Source of the DNA: a bacterium
GTDB taxonomy: Bacteria; SAR324; XYD2-FULL-50-16; G965216635
Length of the DNA: 64,000 bases
Assembly: GCA_965216635.1 (NCBI GenBank)
Contig: OZ244188.1
Location: forward strand, 1,696,001 to 1,760,000
Direction of reading: 5' to 3'
Shown: in pieces, positions 48,664 through 58,152 of the stretch
Numbering within the stretch: the stretch's first letter is position 1
Layout of the letters: each line of letters begins with the position of its first letter
Position numbers and translations under genes: made by a program
Notes under the pieces: model-generated
The model's database searches: none
Told to the model about the DNA's origin: nothing
What the model saw: the letters and a program-made list of their open reading frames with translations, nothing else

Positions 48664-49779
48664 TTATGGTTTCGTCAACCGAGAAATAATCTTTTGGTGC
48701 TGTGGGTATTTTTTGATAAGTTCCGCTTCAGTAGGCATCACAAAATCTGCAAACTCAAAACCCGGTGCAACTGTAGCTCCAATCAAACTATAGCTATCTT
48801 TATCTATCACTTCTGCTGCCATCCATGTATTGTGGGGAACTGTATACTGTATTTGTTCCCCCTGCTCTAAATTTCTGCCTAAACGGGCGGAGTGATAATT
48901 CCCTAATAAATCTATAAAATGCATCTGGAGAGTTGAGCCCTCGTAAAAATGCCAAAGCTCGTCTTGCCTAATTTTATGGAAACTAGAAAAATCTTGCTTG
49001 TTTAGTAAAAAATAGATACAGGTAGAAAAAGCTCTATCTCCAGAAAATCTCGCAGGCAACGAGGCTTGAGGTATTTTTTCTTTACTGCGATAGACTTCTT
49101 TAAAACAACCTCCCTCAGGGTGCTTTTCTAAAGCTAGCTTTTTTATAAAATAGGCTGCACCTTTTTCCAAAGTTTGTTTTTTTGCTCCATCCCGAGTTTT
49201 CCTATTTTGACTGCTTAGCAGACTAGACTTTCCATAGTTTTTTTCCAGTAAAACAAGAAAAGATTTTGCTCCTTCTTGCACAGTTCTGCTCCAGTCTTGG
49301 GCTGCTTCTTTGTTGGCGCGGTCGCTTACATACTTATAAGATTCAAAGGGCACATTCAAATCATCCGCTACTTTTTTAAGCGCATAGCCTTCCATATCTA
49401 CGAGGTCTATCTCAATTTCAAGTCCTTTGAGTTGCTCTTCGGCATTGGTTATAAAATTATCGCCTGTACCCAAAACTATACCTTTTTTTTCGGGCAAGCT
49501 TTCACCAGAAAAAGGAGTAACACCTCTCGGAAAATTCAGCGCTTGCACATCCATATCTCGCTGCACAAAAGTATCTATTTTCAATAAACCACTCACACCA
49601 CTAATACTGCCCGCTGTTCCGTAGTTAATAACAAGTTCGGGTTGGTATTCTTGAATTGCTTTGTAGAGCTTTATAGCTGCGTTTAATTTACCGACTCCTG
49701 TATGTATTAGCGGTGCAAATTTTTCTAAATTGAGTGTTTCTGCTTTGAGAGCGGCTACTATGATATAGGATTTTGCCAT
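48664..49779 (-). CDS. Fusion: MTA/SAH nucleosidase-like (PNP_UDP_1) domain + DUF985 cupin
   Basis: N-half TGVGKLNAA, INYGTAG, GTGDNF, VDMEGYA, KYVSD-x-A; C-half L-x2-HPEGG-x-F, IYFLL, S-x-FH-x4-DELWHFYEG, GATVAPGFEFADF; single frame. Confidence 0.85.
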   Translation of the reverse strand: MAKSYIIVAALKAETLNLEKFAPLIHTGVGKLNAAIKLYKAIQEYQPELVINYGTAGSISGVSGLLKIDTFVQRDMDVQALNFPRGVTPFSGESLPEKKGIVLGTGDNFITNAEEQLKGLEIEIDLVDMEGYALKKVADDLNVPFESYKYVSDRANKEAAQDWSRTVQEGAKSFLVLLEKNYGKSSLLSSQNRKTRDGAKKQTLEKGAAYFIKKLALEKHPEGGCFKEVYRSKEKIPQASLPARFSGDRAFSTCIYFLLNKQDFSSFHKIRQDELWHFYEGSTLQMHFIDLLGNYHSARLGRNLEQGEQIQYTVPHNTWMAAEVIDKDSYSLIGATVAPGFEFADFVMPTEAELIKKYPQHQKIISRLTKP

Positions 49780-49988
49780 AAATTAGTGAGAGAACTTTGA
49801 ATTATAGAGCTTTAAATTAGTTGTTTTTATCTTCATTTTATAGTATTTTTCTTTATTTGCAATATCAAATACTTGTAGGTATAATTTTTACCTTAATCGT
49901 CAAACAAGCGTCGTCAAAAGTTAAAAAAAAAATTTTCAACGCTGCATAGGCTAAACAGCCAAACAAACCAGCCAATCATCTTAATTCA

Positions 49989-51092
49989 ATGAAAACAAAA
50001 GTTTTACCAACAAAAGTTTTACCAATAAAAGTTTTAGTACTAGGAGGAGGAAAAAGCACAGAGCATCCTATATCACTGGTTTCTGCTTACAATATTTTTC
50101 ATAATATTCCTTTAGAATTTTATACACCTCTGCTAGTGACGATAGACAAGAAAGGCATTTGGAGACATTGTGAAAATTTGATTGTTGATGTGGAAGATAT
50201 TTCCAAAGTGCATATCAATCCAGAAGCAAAAGCCATTTCTATAGAAAATTTTATCCGTTCTCACGAAATAGAAGTAGTATTTTCCATTCTGCACGGTACT
50301 GGAGGAGAAGACGGCTGTATGCAAGGGTTTTTAGAAGTTTTTAACTTGGCTTATGTAGGCTCTGATGTTAGAACTTCTGCTATTTGTATGGATAAAATAG
50401 TCACCAAAATTATGCTAGAAAAAGCAGGTTTGAAAACTGCTCCCTACAGCCATTTTTTAGTCTCTGAAGAACTACCAACTTTTGCTCAACTCTGTAAAGA
50501 GTTAGATTCTCAAAATTTAATCGTTAAAGCTTCTTCTTTGGGCTCTTCTATTGGAGTTTATCTTTGTAAGGATGAAAGCTCTTTTAGAAAGGCTTGTGCA
50601 CAAATTCAAAGCGTCAATTCTAGAATTTTAGTAGAAAAGCAAATTCAAGGGAGAGAATTTGAGGTTGCTGTTTTAGGCAATCAAAAACTTGAGGTGCCAG
50701 TAATAGGCGAAGTAATGTTAAAAAATCACGATTTTTATTCTTACAAAGCAAAGTATTTAGACGAAAAAGGAGTAGAGCTAGTAGCTCCCGCGAACTTAGA
50801 CGAAAAATTAGTTTTAAAAATTCAAGAAACCAGCAAAAAAGCTTACAATGCACTTTATTGTAGCGGTATGGCAAGAGTAGATTCTTTTCTAGTAGGCGAG
50901 GAAATCTACCTCAACGAAATCAATAGCCTACCCGGTTTCACAAAAGTGTCTACCTACCCTAGATTATGGCGGGAGTCAGGTTTGGAATACTCTGCTTTGA
51001 TTGATAAACTGCTTCAGCTTGCATTGGAAAGAAAAGCTAGAGAGCTCAAAAATAAAGTAGATTTTGATAAGTTAGTAGAATCAATGCAGTAG
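49989..51092 (+). CDS. ddl: D-alanine--D-alanine ligase, copy 1
   Basis: GGKSTEH, LHGTGGEDG, MDK, GSSIG, GREFE, YSYKAKY, NEINSLPGFT. Confidence 0.93.
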   Translation: MKTKVLPTKVLPIKVLVLGGGKSTEHPISLVSAYNIFHNIPLEFYTPLLVTIDKKGIWRHCENLIVDVEDISKVHINPEAKAISIENFIRSHEIEVVFSILHGTGGEDGCMQGFLEVFNLAYVGSDVRTSAICMDKIVTKIMLEKAGLKTAPYSHFLVSEELPTFAQLCKELDSQNLIVKASSLGSSIGVYLCKDESSFRKACAQIQSVNSRILVEKQIQGREFEVAVLGNQKLEVPVIGEVMLKNHDFYSYKAKYLDEKGVELVAPANLDEKLVLKIQETSKKAYNALYCSGMARVDSFLVGEEIYLNEINSLPGFTKVSTYPRLWRESGLEYSALIDKLLQLALERKARELKNKVDFDKLVESMQ

Positions 51093-51200
51093 TGAGACCT
51101 TTGAATTAGACTCGTAGTTTTTAGAAAGCCCACAAATCGCACAAACTACTTATTCAATGATCTCAAATTGTTTCTCCTCCCTCCCAATAATAAAAAAGTA

Positions 51201-52256
51201 ATGAAAAAAAAAGTTTTACCAAAAAAAGTTTTAATTGTAGGCGGTGGCAAAAGCACAGAGCACGAAGTATCTCTAGTTTCTGCCTACAATATTTTTCAAA
51301 ACATTCCTCTAGAATCCTACACACCTATTTTAGTAGCAATAGATAAAAAAGGAATCTGGAGGCACTACGAAGACTTGATTCTTAACACAAACAATATAGC
51401 CGAAGTTTGTATTAACCCACAGGCTCAAGAAATATCTATAGAAAATTTTATCCGTTCCCAAAAAATAGAAGTAGTCTTTCCTATTTTGCACGGCACGGGA
51501 GGAGAAGATGGCTGTATGCAAGGAATGTTAGAAATTTTAGATGTGGCTTATGTAGGCTCCGATGTTAGATCTTCTGCGATCTGTATGGATAAAGTTTTTA
51601 CCAAAACCATTTTAGAAAAAGCTGGAATAAAAACAGTTCCCTACAAAGATTTTCTTCATAACCAGTCTTTACCAAAGTTTTCTAAACTCTGCGATGAATT
51701 GGATTCGGATAACTTAATAGTCAAAGCCTCTTCTTTGGGCTCCTCTGTAGGAGTTTATCTTTGCAAGGACGAGTCATCTTTTGGGAAAGCTTGCCAGAAA
51801 ATACAAAGCATAGATCCTAAAATTTTGATAGAAAAACAAATAAAAGGTAGAGAATTGGAGGTTGCTGTTTTAGGCAATCAAAATATAGAGGCATCTCTAG
51901 TTGGAGAAATTCTATTAAAAAATTACGATTTTTATTCTTACGAAGCAAAATATTTAGACGAAAAAGGAGTAGAGCTAGTAGCTCCAGCGGACTTGCCCGC
52001 AGAATTAGTTGCAAAAATACAGATGGTAAGTAAGGACGCTTACAAAACCATGCAATGTAGTGGGTTAGCGAGAATAGATTTTTTTCTTGTAGGAGAAGAA
52101 ATTTATCTCAATGAGATTAATAGCTTGCCCGGTTTTACAAAAATCAGTATGTATCCTAGGTTGTGGCAAGTATCGGGTCTGAATTATTCTGCTTTAATTG
52201 ATAAACTTCTCAAACTTGCACTGGAGAAAAAATCAGAACAAAAACAAAATCTTTGA
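51201..52256 (+). CDS. ddl: D-alanine--D-alanine ligase, copy 2
   Basis: GGKSTEHEVS, LHGTGGEDG, GSSVG, YSYEAKY, NEINSLPGFTKISMYP; ATG 51201 chosen by alignment to copy 1. Confidence 0.93.
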   Translation: MKKKVLPKKVLIVGGGKSTEHEVSLVSAYNIFQNIPLESYTPILVAIDKKGIWRHYEDLILNTNNIAEVCINPQAQEISIENFIRSQKIEVVFPILHGTGGEDGCMQGMLEILDVAYVGSDVRSSAICMDKVFTKTILEKAGIKTVPYKDFLHNQSLPKFSKLCDELDSDNLIVKASSLGSSVGVYLCKDESSFGKACQKIQSIDPKILIEKQIKGRELEVAVLGNQNIEASLVGEILLKNYDFYSYEAKYLDEKGVELVAPADLPAELVAKIQMVSKDAYKTMQCSGLARIDFFLVGEEIYLNEINSLPGFTKISMYPRLWQVSGLNYSALIDKLLKLALEKKSEQKQNL

Positions 52257-52338
52257 TTTTAATTGTGATTGCCTTTACTTATAATACAATATACTTTTGA
52301 AGTCTATTTGAATACAAACCTTAATAAAAATAATACCT

Positions 52339-53229
52339 ATGAAACTACTAAATGGAAAAGATCTGAGCGGACAACTAGAAGCCGAGTTAAAAAAAAATGT
52401 AGACCTACTGAAGGCTAAAGGAGTGCATCCTCGCCTTGTTGTAGTTTTAGTAGGAGAAGATCCCGCCTCTACAATATATGTCCGCCGTAAGCGGGAAGCT
52501 TGCGAGAGATTGGGTATAGATTCTGTTTCTGAAAAGTTGCCCGAAACCACTAATGAAGCGGAACTTTTGGCACTAGTTGCAAAACTCAATCAAGACAAAT
52601 CAATAAATGGAATTCTTTGCCAATCCCCTTTGCCCAAAGACACAGATGAAAGCAAAATTTTTAGAAGTATCAGTGCCGAAAAAGATGTAGATTGTTTTCA
52701 CCCTTATAATATGGGGCTACTGGCTTTAGGTCAGCCCAGATTTATGCCCTGCACTCCATACGGGGTGATTCAAATCTTGCACCGAAATGGTTATAGTCTT
52801 AAAGGCAAAAGAGTCGTAGTTTTAGGTAGGAGCAATATTGTAGGTAGGCCTCTTTCTATTCTACTCTCCTTAAAAAAATACAACGCTACAGTGCAATTAT
52901 GCCATTCTGCAACAGTAGAGCTAGAAACTCGCTGTCGCGAAGCCGATATTTTGATTGCTGCTATCGGCAAACCAGAATTTGTAACCGCAGATTTTATAAA
53001 AGAAGGCGCAGTTGTGGTAGATGTCGGTATCAACCGTATTGAAGATAAAAATTCTCCTAGAGGAAGACGTATTGTAGGCGACGTTGCCTTTGAAGAAATC
53101 AAGGAAAAAGCCTCTGCGATTACTCCTGTTCCCGGTGGAATAGGTCCTATGACGATTAGTATGTTACTGCACAATGCTATCAATGCTGCTGCTTTGCAGC
53201 ACAACCTTCCTAAGTTTGAATTGGATTAA
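52339..53229 (+). CDS. folD: Methylenetetrahydrofolate dehydrogenase/cyclohydrolase
   Basis: YVRRK, KDVD, PCTP, GRSNIVGRP, DVGIN, TPVPGG-x-GPMT. Confidence 0.97.
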   Translation: MKLLNGKDLSGQLEAELKKNVDLLKAKGVHPRLVVVLVGEDPASTIYVRRKREACERLGIDSVSEKLPETTNEAELLALVAKLNQDKSINGILCQSPLPKDTDESKIFRSISAEKDVDCFHPYNMGLLALGQPRFMPCTPYGVIQILHRNGYSLKGKRVVVLGRSNIVGRPLSILLSLKKYNATVQLCHSATVELETRCREADILIAAIGKPEFVTADFIKEGAVVVDVGINRIEDKNSPRGRRIVGDVAFEEIKEKASAITPVPGGIGPMTISMLLHNAINAAALQHNLPKFELD

Positions 53230-53327
53230 CTTTTGAATTTGCGTTGTGTTAAGCAGTAAGAGAGTATTCCTACGAGTTAAAAAATTTTTCGCACCTGTTT
53301 CAACTATTTGGCAAATTCAAAAATCTA
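53227..53327. mobile_element. MITE-like element copy (~100 bp)
   Basis: ACTTTTGAATTTGC ... GCAAATTCAAAAATCTA with the GAGTATTCC core. Confidence 0.7.
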
Positions 53328-53338
53328 TATTAGAATAT

Positions 53339-54034
53339 ATGGAATACTTCTATCACAAAAACAAACAAATTCTTATTTCTACAAATTTTAAGGTGATGTA
53401 TACCTCATTGTTAAAAATTTCTATTAATTTTTCAGTCTTGATAAGGATAGATAGTACATTTCCAACTTTTTTAGAAAAGCACAACATTCCTTTTTTAGAA
53501 CACTATTTGCTCGTTAGAAATCCCTACAGAAGAGCTATTTCCTTTTATAAAGAAAAATTTCATAGTCTAGTACTAGAACAAAAAAACAACCTTCGTTTAG
53601 GTTGGCAAGATGTTCAAAAAACAATTTTCCCTTACTTGGATATTGACGAAAAAAAGGATTCCAAGGAGCAGATTTTTGAAAAATGGAATATCTCTTTTGC
53701 TGATTTTACAAATAATATTCTACCAAAGGTTTATGAAATGGATAGGCATCTAACGCCACAACATTGGATATATTGTCTACAAGGAAAAAGAAAAGGAAAA
53801 TTTATAGCCGATATTACTAAAAAACGTCCTATCTTTGAAAATGTAAAAATTATTAAAATAGACGATAGAGAAGCAATGGTAAAACTTTCTGAAAAAATCA
53901 ATCTTGATTTTTTCAATACCAAAGTCAATAATACCCAAGCGGTTGAATCTCCAGCTTTAACCCCTGATTTTATAAAAATCATCAATAGAATTTACAAAGA
54001 TGATTTTAAAATTTTTGACTACCCCAAACTTTAA
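53339..54034 (+). CDS. Sulfotransferase family 2-like protein, paralogue of 5876..6541
   Basis: ILISTNFKVMY, HYLLVRNPY, DRHLTPQ, IYKDDF-x-IFDY; ATG 53339 aligns with the paralogue start. Confidence 0.75.
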   Translation: MEYFYHKNKQILISTNFKVMYTSLLKISINFSVLIRIDSTFPTFLEKHNIPFLEHYLLVRNPYRRAISFYKEKFHSLVLEQKNNLRLGWQDVQKTIFPYLDIDEKKDSKEQIFEKWNISFADFTNNILPKVYEMDRHLTPQHWIYCLQGKRKGKFIADITKKRPIFENVKIIKIDDREAMVKLSEKINLDFFNTKVNNTQAVESPALTPDFIKIINRIYKDDFKIFDYPKL

Positions 54035-54039
54035 ATTTT

Positions 54040-55287
54040 ATGACCCCAAATAACACCCGACCAAGTAATACACCAAATAACACCCAAATGAAGCGCTCCG
54101 TAAATTCTGGGAATTTTCAGCTTTACAAGTTAGTTGTAGCTATGATGTTCAGTTTTCCCACTGCTCCCATAGTGATTTTAGTAGGAGGTTTTGTTGGCAG
54201 ACAAATCTCCCCTCTGCCAGCTTTGGCTACACTTCCTATTGCTTTAACTGTTGTCGGTACAGTTTCTGGGATTATTCCCGCCAATCTTTTGATGCAGAAA
54301 ATCGGCAGAAAAAAAAGTTTTGTCTTTGCGAGTTTTTATTCCATCGCAGCCAGTCTTATCGCTGTATTTTCTATTTCTCAAAGTTTGTTTTGGCTTTTTT
54401 TAATAAGCACCTTTATGCTAGGAGGCGGAATTGCGTTTGTGCATCAGTACCGTTTTGCAGCTGTAGAATTACTACCAAGCAACAAATCACAGATTGCTAT
54501 TTCTCGCATTCTCATCGGCGGTATTGTCGGTGGTATTTTGGGACCCTATCTAGCAAATATCAGTGTTAACCTGCTAAGCGTAGAATTTGCAGGCTGTTTT
54601 TTGATTTTGGCAATTATGCACTTACTCGCTTTTTGCGTGCTGCTGACCTACAAACATCCTACAATAAAAAAAGATTTCAGCGACCAAAAAACAAAAAGAA
54701 GTTTGTTAGAAATTATCAAACAACCTCTATGTATTGTAGCTATTTTAACAGCTGCTTTTGGTTATGCCTTGATGTCTTTACTGATGACTGCAGCTCCTTT
54801 GAGTATGAAACATTCGCATAATTTTGATCTTTCTGCGGTTACTTTTGTTATTCAAATTCATTTAGCATCTATGTTTGTGCCTTCTTTGTTTAGCGGAGCT
54901 GTCTTGCAAAAAATCGGTGCTTTTCGCTTTATTATTATTGGATTTTTATTCAATATCGCTAGTTATATTACTGGCTATGTTACTGACTACTCGTCCCAAA
55001 AATTTTTTGGATTTTTGGTTTCCTTGTTTTGTTTAGGAATAGGTTGGAATTTTCTTTTTGTCGGAGGCACTTACCTGCTCACTAAAACCTACCGAGCAGA
55101 AGAAAGATTTAAGGTGCAAGCCTTTAATGATTTTTTTATTTTTGGAATACAGGCTTTAGCTTCTTTATCATCAGGGCTGTTGTTGTACTATTCAAATTGG
55201 GCTTTCTTAAATCAAATAGCTTTCTTTGTGCTTATTGCAGTAGCTAGTTTCTTTTTATTTCGCCAGAAAGAGATAAGAGCAATTTAG
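54040..55287 (+). CDS. MFS transporter
   Basis: About 12 TM helices, QKIGRK motif A, QYRFAAVE, GWNFLFVGGT. Confidence 0.9.
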   Translation: MTPNNTRPSNTPNNTQMKRSVNSGNFQLYKLVVAMMFSFPTAPIVILVGGFVGRQISPLPALATLPIALTVVGTVSGIIPANLLMQKIGRKKSFVFASFYSIAASLIAVFSISQSLFWLFLISTFMLGGGIAFVHQYRFAAVELLPSNKSQIAISRILIGGIVGGILGPYLANISVNLLSVEFAGCFLILAIMHLLAFCVLLTYKHPTIKKDFSDQKTKRSLLEIIKQPLCIVAILTAAFGYALMSLLMTAAPLSMKHSHNFDLSAVTFVIQIHLASMFVPSLFSGAVLQKIGAFRFIIIGFLFNIASYITGYVTDYSSQKFFGFLVSLFCLGIGWNFLFVGGTYLLTKTYRAEERFKVQAFNDFFIFGIQALASLSSGLLLYYSNWAFLNQIAFFVLIAVASFFLFRQKEIRAI

Positions 55288-55439
55288 TCTTCTACAAGCC
55301 ATGCGTAAACACCCTCAAAAAAAAATAGCCTGACAGCAAAAAAAAAAAATTGACTCATTTTCTTTTCTGCTACTTTCGTTAAAAGAAAATTTATTTTTGG
55401 TACTAATCTCAACTATAATTTATTATAAAAGCACCAAAT

Positions 55440-56606
55440 ATGAAGATACTGCAGATCACATTGAAAGCGATTTGTTTGCCCCTTATAATATTTATAACGG
55501 CATTTTTCTTTTTTATGCAAGCCTCCGACAGTCTGCAGGCACAGGAAGCTCCAGACCCAAGCCGTTACTGTGCCTACTACAGTTGTTTTGATTATTTCTA
55601 TAAAAAAGGTTGGTCTGTAGGCTACAGTCCTCTGATTTTTGGAGCGAACAAGATAGAAACCAAAACAACTATAGTAGACACAGTAGAAACAGAAATTGTG
55701 GTGAGTGATTTGACTGCCGATTTGCGTACGGATATCTACCCCAATACCTTCACAGACAAAATACAAGAGGTAGCAGTAAATATTTGTGAAGGCACTGAGA
55801 CCCGTACTGAAATATTCTACCTAGCAGCAGATCACAGCGACGCAACCGATCTTACGGCTATCCTTGGCTGGTTTGTTACAGATGCTCGTTTTCGCTTACA
55901 CGGAGAAGAAATTCCATACACAAGAAGTTTTGATGAGCGTTTATTAAGTCCTATCGCAGACGACGAATGCAAAAAAGCCTTTGATGCTCTGCTTGTAGAA
56001 GATCTAGCTTCCGCTGACTCTTTAACTAAAATCAAAGGAAAAGCCCTAGCGGGCAACGGCTTTCAAGTGGGCTACAGAAACGGTGACTATAGATATTCTT
56101 TTACAAACTACTCTTGGGAAGCAGGCACAGATAAACTAGATTCCCAAGTGCTTTTGCTAGAGTATTTTATAAATAAGGGTTTTTCGGTGGGAATAGGAGT
56201 GGCGGATGTTAAGCTGGATTCTAGTCTTGGAATCCATTCACAAAGAGCGAATGTTTATAGTTTGAGCTATCAGCTGTCTATTTTGAAAAACCTCTTTATA
56301 GAAGCGAGCTATATGCTTATCGCAGCCGATATTTCCGTGCAAAAAGAAGAAAGAGTAGAAGCATTTGAGGCAGTCAACCAAACAGATACCAGAGAGCTAG
56401 GGTTTTACGGTCACCATGACTTTATTTCTGGCTTAGTCGCTGTGTACGCTTTGAATCTTGAGAATAATAGTGCCTCTTCGTATAATGGCAGGTCCACAGT
56501 CACCCGAACCCAAACCAGAGCAGCTGGCTCAAGAGCGATCACAAAATCAGTGGAAATAAAAAACCCAGCTGCTTTTAGCATAAAATTCGTCTGGAACTTC
56601 TTTTAG
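55440..56606 (+). CDS. Variable outer-membrane beta-barrel protein, subfamily A copy 5 (most diverged)
   Basis: Same framework; ends FSIKFVWNFF; extra N-terminal Cys pair. Confidence 0.8.
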   Translation: MKILQITLKAICLPLIIFITAFFFFMQASDSLQAQEAPDPSRYCAYYSCFDYFYKKGWSVGYSPLIFGANKIETKTTIVDTVETEIVVSDLTADLRTDIYPNTFTDKIQEVAVNICEGTETRTEIFYLAADHSDATDLTAILGWFVTDARFRLHGEEIPYTRSFDERLLSPIADDECKKAFDALLVEDLASADSLTKIKGKALAGNGFQVGYRNGDYRYSFTNYSWEAGTDKLDSQVLLLEYFINKGFSVGIGVADVKLDSSLGIHSQRANVYSLSYQLSILKNLFIEASYMLIAADISVQKEERVEAFEAVNQTDTRELGFYGHHDFISGLVAVYALNLENNSASSYNGRSTVTRTQTRAAGSRAITKSVEIKNPAAFSIKFVWNFF

Positions 56607-56778
56607 GAACGTTTTTTTAAGAAGCTAGCCAAATGGGAAAAAAGGTGCAAAGAAAAAATAGCTAGACAGCAAAAAAAAAGATTGATTTATTTTCTTTTTT
56701 GCTATAGTTTTTTACCTATAAGGTTTGTTTTGAACCTTTTTTAGCCTTTTTGGCTTCTTAATTTAACTAAAATTTATA

Positions 56779-57912
56779 ATGAAAAAATTAAATATGAGAT
56801 TGAGCGTACCTTGTTTGAAGATGGTTGTTTTGCCTCTTATAATATTTATAGCGGCATTTTTCTTTTTTATGCAGGGAGTAGGCAGTCTGCGGGCACAAGA
56901 CAGCCAAACAAGTAAAATTGGTAAAGGTGGTTGGTTTATTGGGCTGACTCCCTATGCTTTGGGTCTTTCGGAGTCAAAGACTTCTGCTCGTATAACAAGT
57001 AATCCTACAGGTGTCACAACAGATAGTGGGGCTGGATTTAGCTTTAGTGCTGTAGCTCCTAGTAATTTAACTGACAGTAGGGGCATTTTGACTCCTGCTG
57101 AAACTATAGCCCACGCACAAGATACAGCCGTAAGGATTTGTGAGACGGGTGTTGCGAGCACAGATGGAAAAGATAGTGATTTTGGAGGTTTCCAATTCTC
57201 CCTAGCTGATGGAATCGTTGATTATAATGTCTACGAATTTAATAAATCCTACCACTGTAGCGTGCACTTTGCTGAGCTTTTAGCCAATGCTACCCAAGTT
57301 GTGCCATTTCAATTAGAAGCCTCAAAACCAGCGACAGCAAAATGGAGCGGGGCCGGCTTGCACTTCGGCTGGCAGTTTCCCGAAGGAGATAGAGTAGGGT
57401 TGCAACTACACAACTGGAAAGGAGATGGTACCGAGGTAAGTAGCCAAATTGCAATCTACGACTATTTTTTTCCCAAAGGCTTTTATGCGGGACTAGGCGT
57501 TGGAACTCTGCAACTCAAAGCACTAGGCAAAACAGAAAACCAAAGAGCAACAGCTGTGAATCTGGGTTGGCAGTATTCTATTAAAGAGAACCTCAAGCTG
57601 GAATTAGGCTACCTTCTTTTGAACGGAGAGGTAACAGTTAAAAAAGAAACCAGAACAACCAGAACTGTAGTGATTTCCAGCGCAGAAGTGGCAGGACGGG
57701 ATATATGGTTGGGATTTAACTTTAAAGGTGGGGTAGGTTATACCGCTCACTGTTCGCGCGAGTCTGACTGTATTTTAAAGCTTAAAAGAGTAAAAGTTAC
57801 TAGCGAGCCACTCAAAAGGGAAATATCAGAAGTTTATGATGTAATAGAAACCCAAGAAGTAACAGTTTCCAACCCATCTGTGATCTATATCCGCTTGAGC
57901 CTCAGCTTTTAG
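56779..57912 (+). CDS. Variable outer-membrane beta-barrel protein, subfamily B
   Basis: Signal peptide shared with subfamily A; mature part paralogous to 1..848; ends IYIRLSLSF. Confidence 0.8.
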   Translation: MKKLNMRLSVPCLKMVVLPLIIFIAAFFFFMQGVGSLRAQDSQTSKIGKGGWFIGLTPYALGLSESKTSARITSNPTGVTTDSGAGFSFSAVAPSNLTDSRGILTPAETIAHAQDTAVRICETGVASTDGKDSDFGGFQFSLADGIVDYNVYEFNKSYHCSVHFAELLANATQVVPFQLEASKPATAKWSGAGLHFGWQFPEGDRVGLQLHNWKGDGTEVSSQIAIYDYFFPKGFYAGLGVGTLQLKALGKTENQRATAVNLGWQYSIKENLKLELGYLLLNGEVTVKKETRTTRTVVISSAEVAGRDIWLGFNFKGGVGYTAHCSRESDCILKLKRVKVTSEPLKREISEVYDVIETQEVTVSNPSVIYIRLSLSF

Positions 57913-58152
57913 CATAAAATTCGTCTATCGCTTCTTTTAAGAACGTTCCTTTTAAGGAGCTTCTTTTAAGAACGTTTTTTTAAGAAGCTAGCCAAATGGG
58001 AAAAAAGGTGCAAAAAAAAATAGCTAGCCAAATGGGAAAAAAGGTGCAAAAAAAAAGATTTATTTATTTTCTTTTTTGCTATAGTTATCTTAATAAGGGT
58101 TTGTTTTGAACCTTTTTTAGCCGCAAGGCATACATTTTAACTAAAATTTATA

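Noticed and set aside
49989..52256. Van-type glycopeptide resistance ligases
   Set aside because: No vanH/vanX/vanRS nearby, and both retain the Ddl-type omega-loop Tyr.
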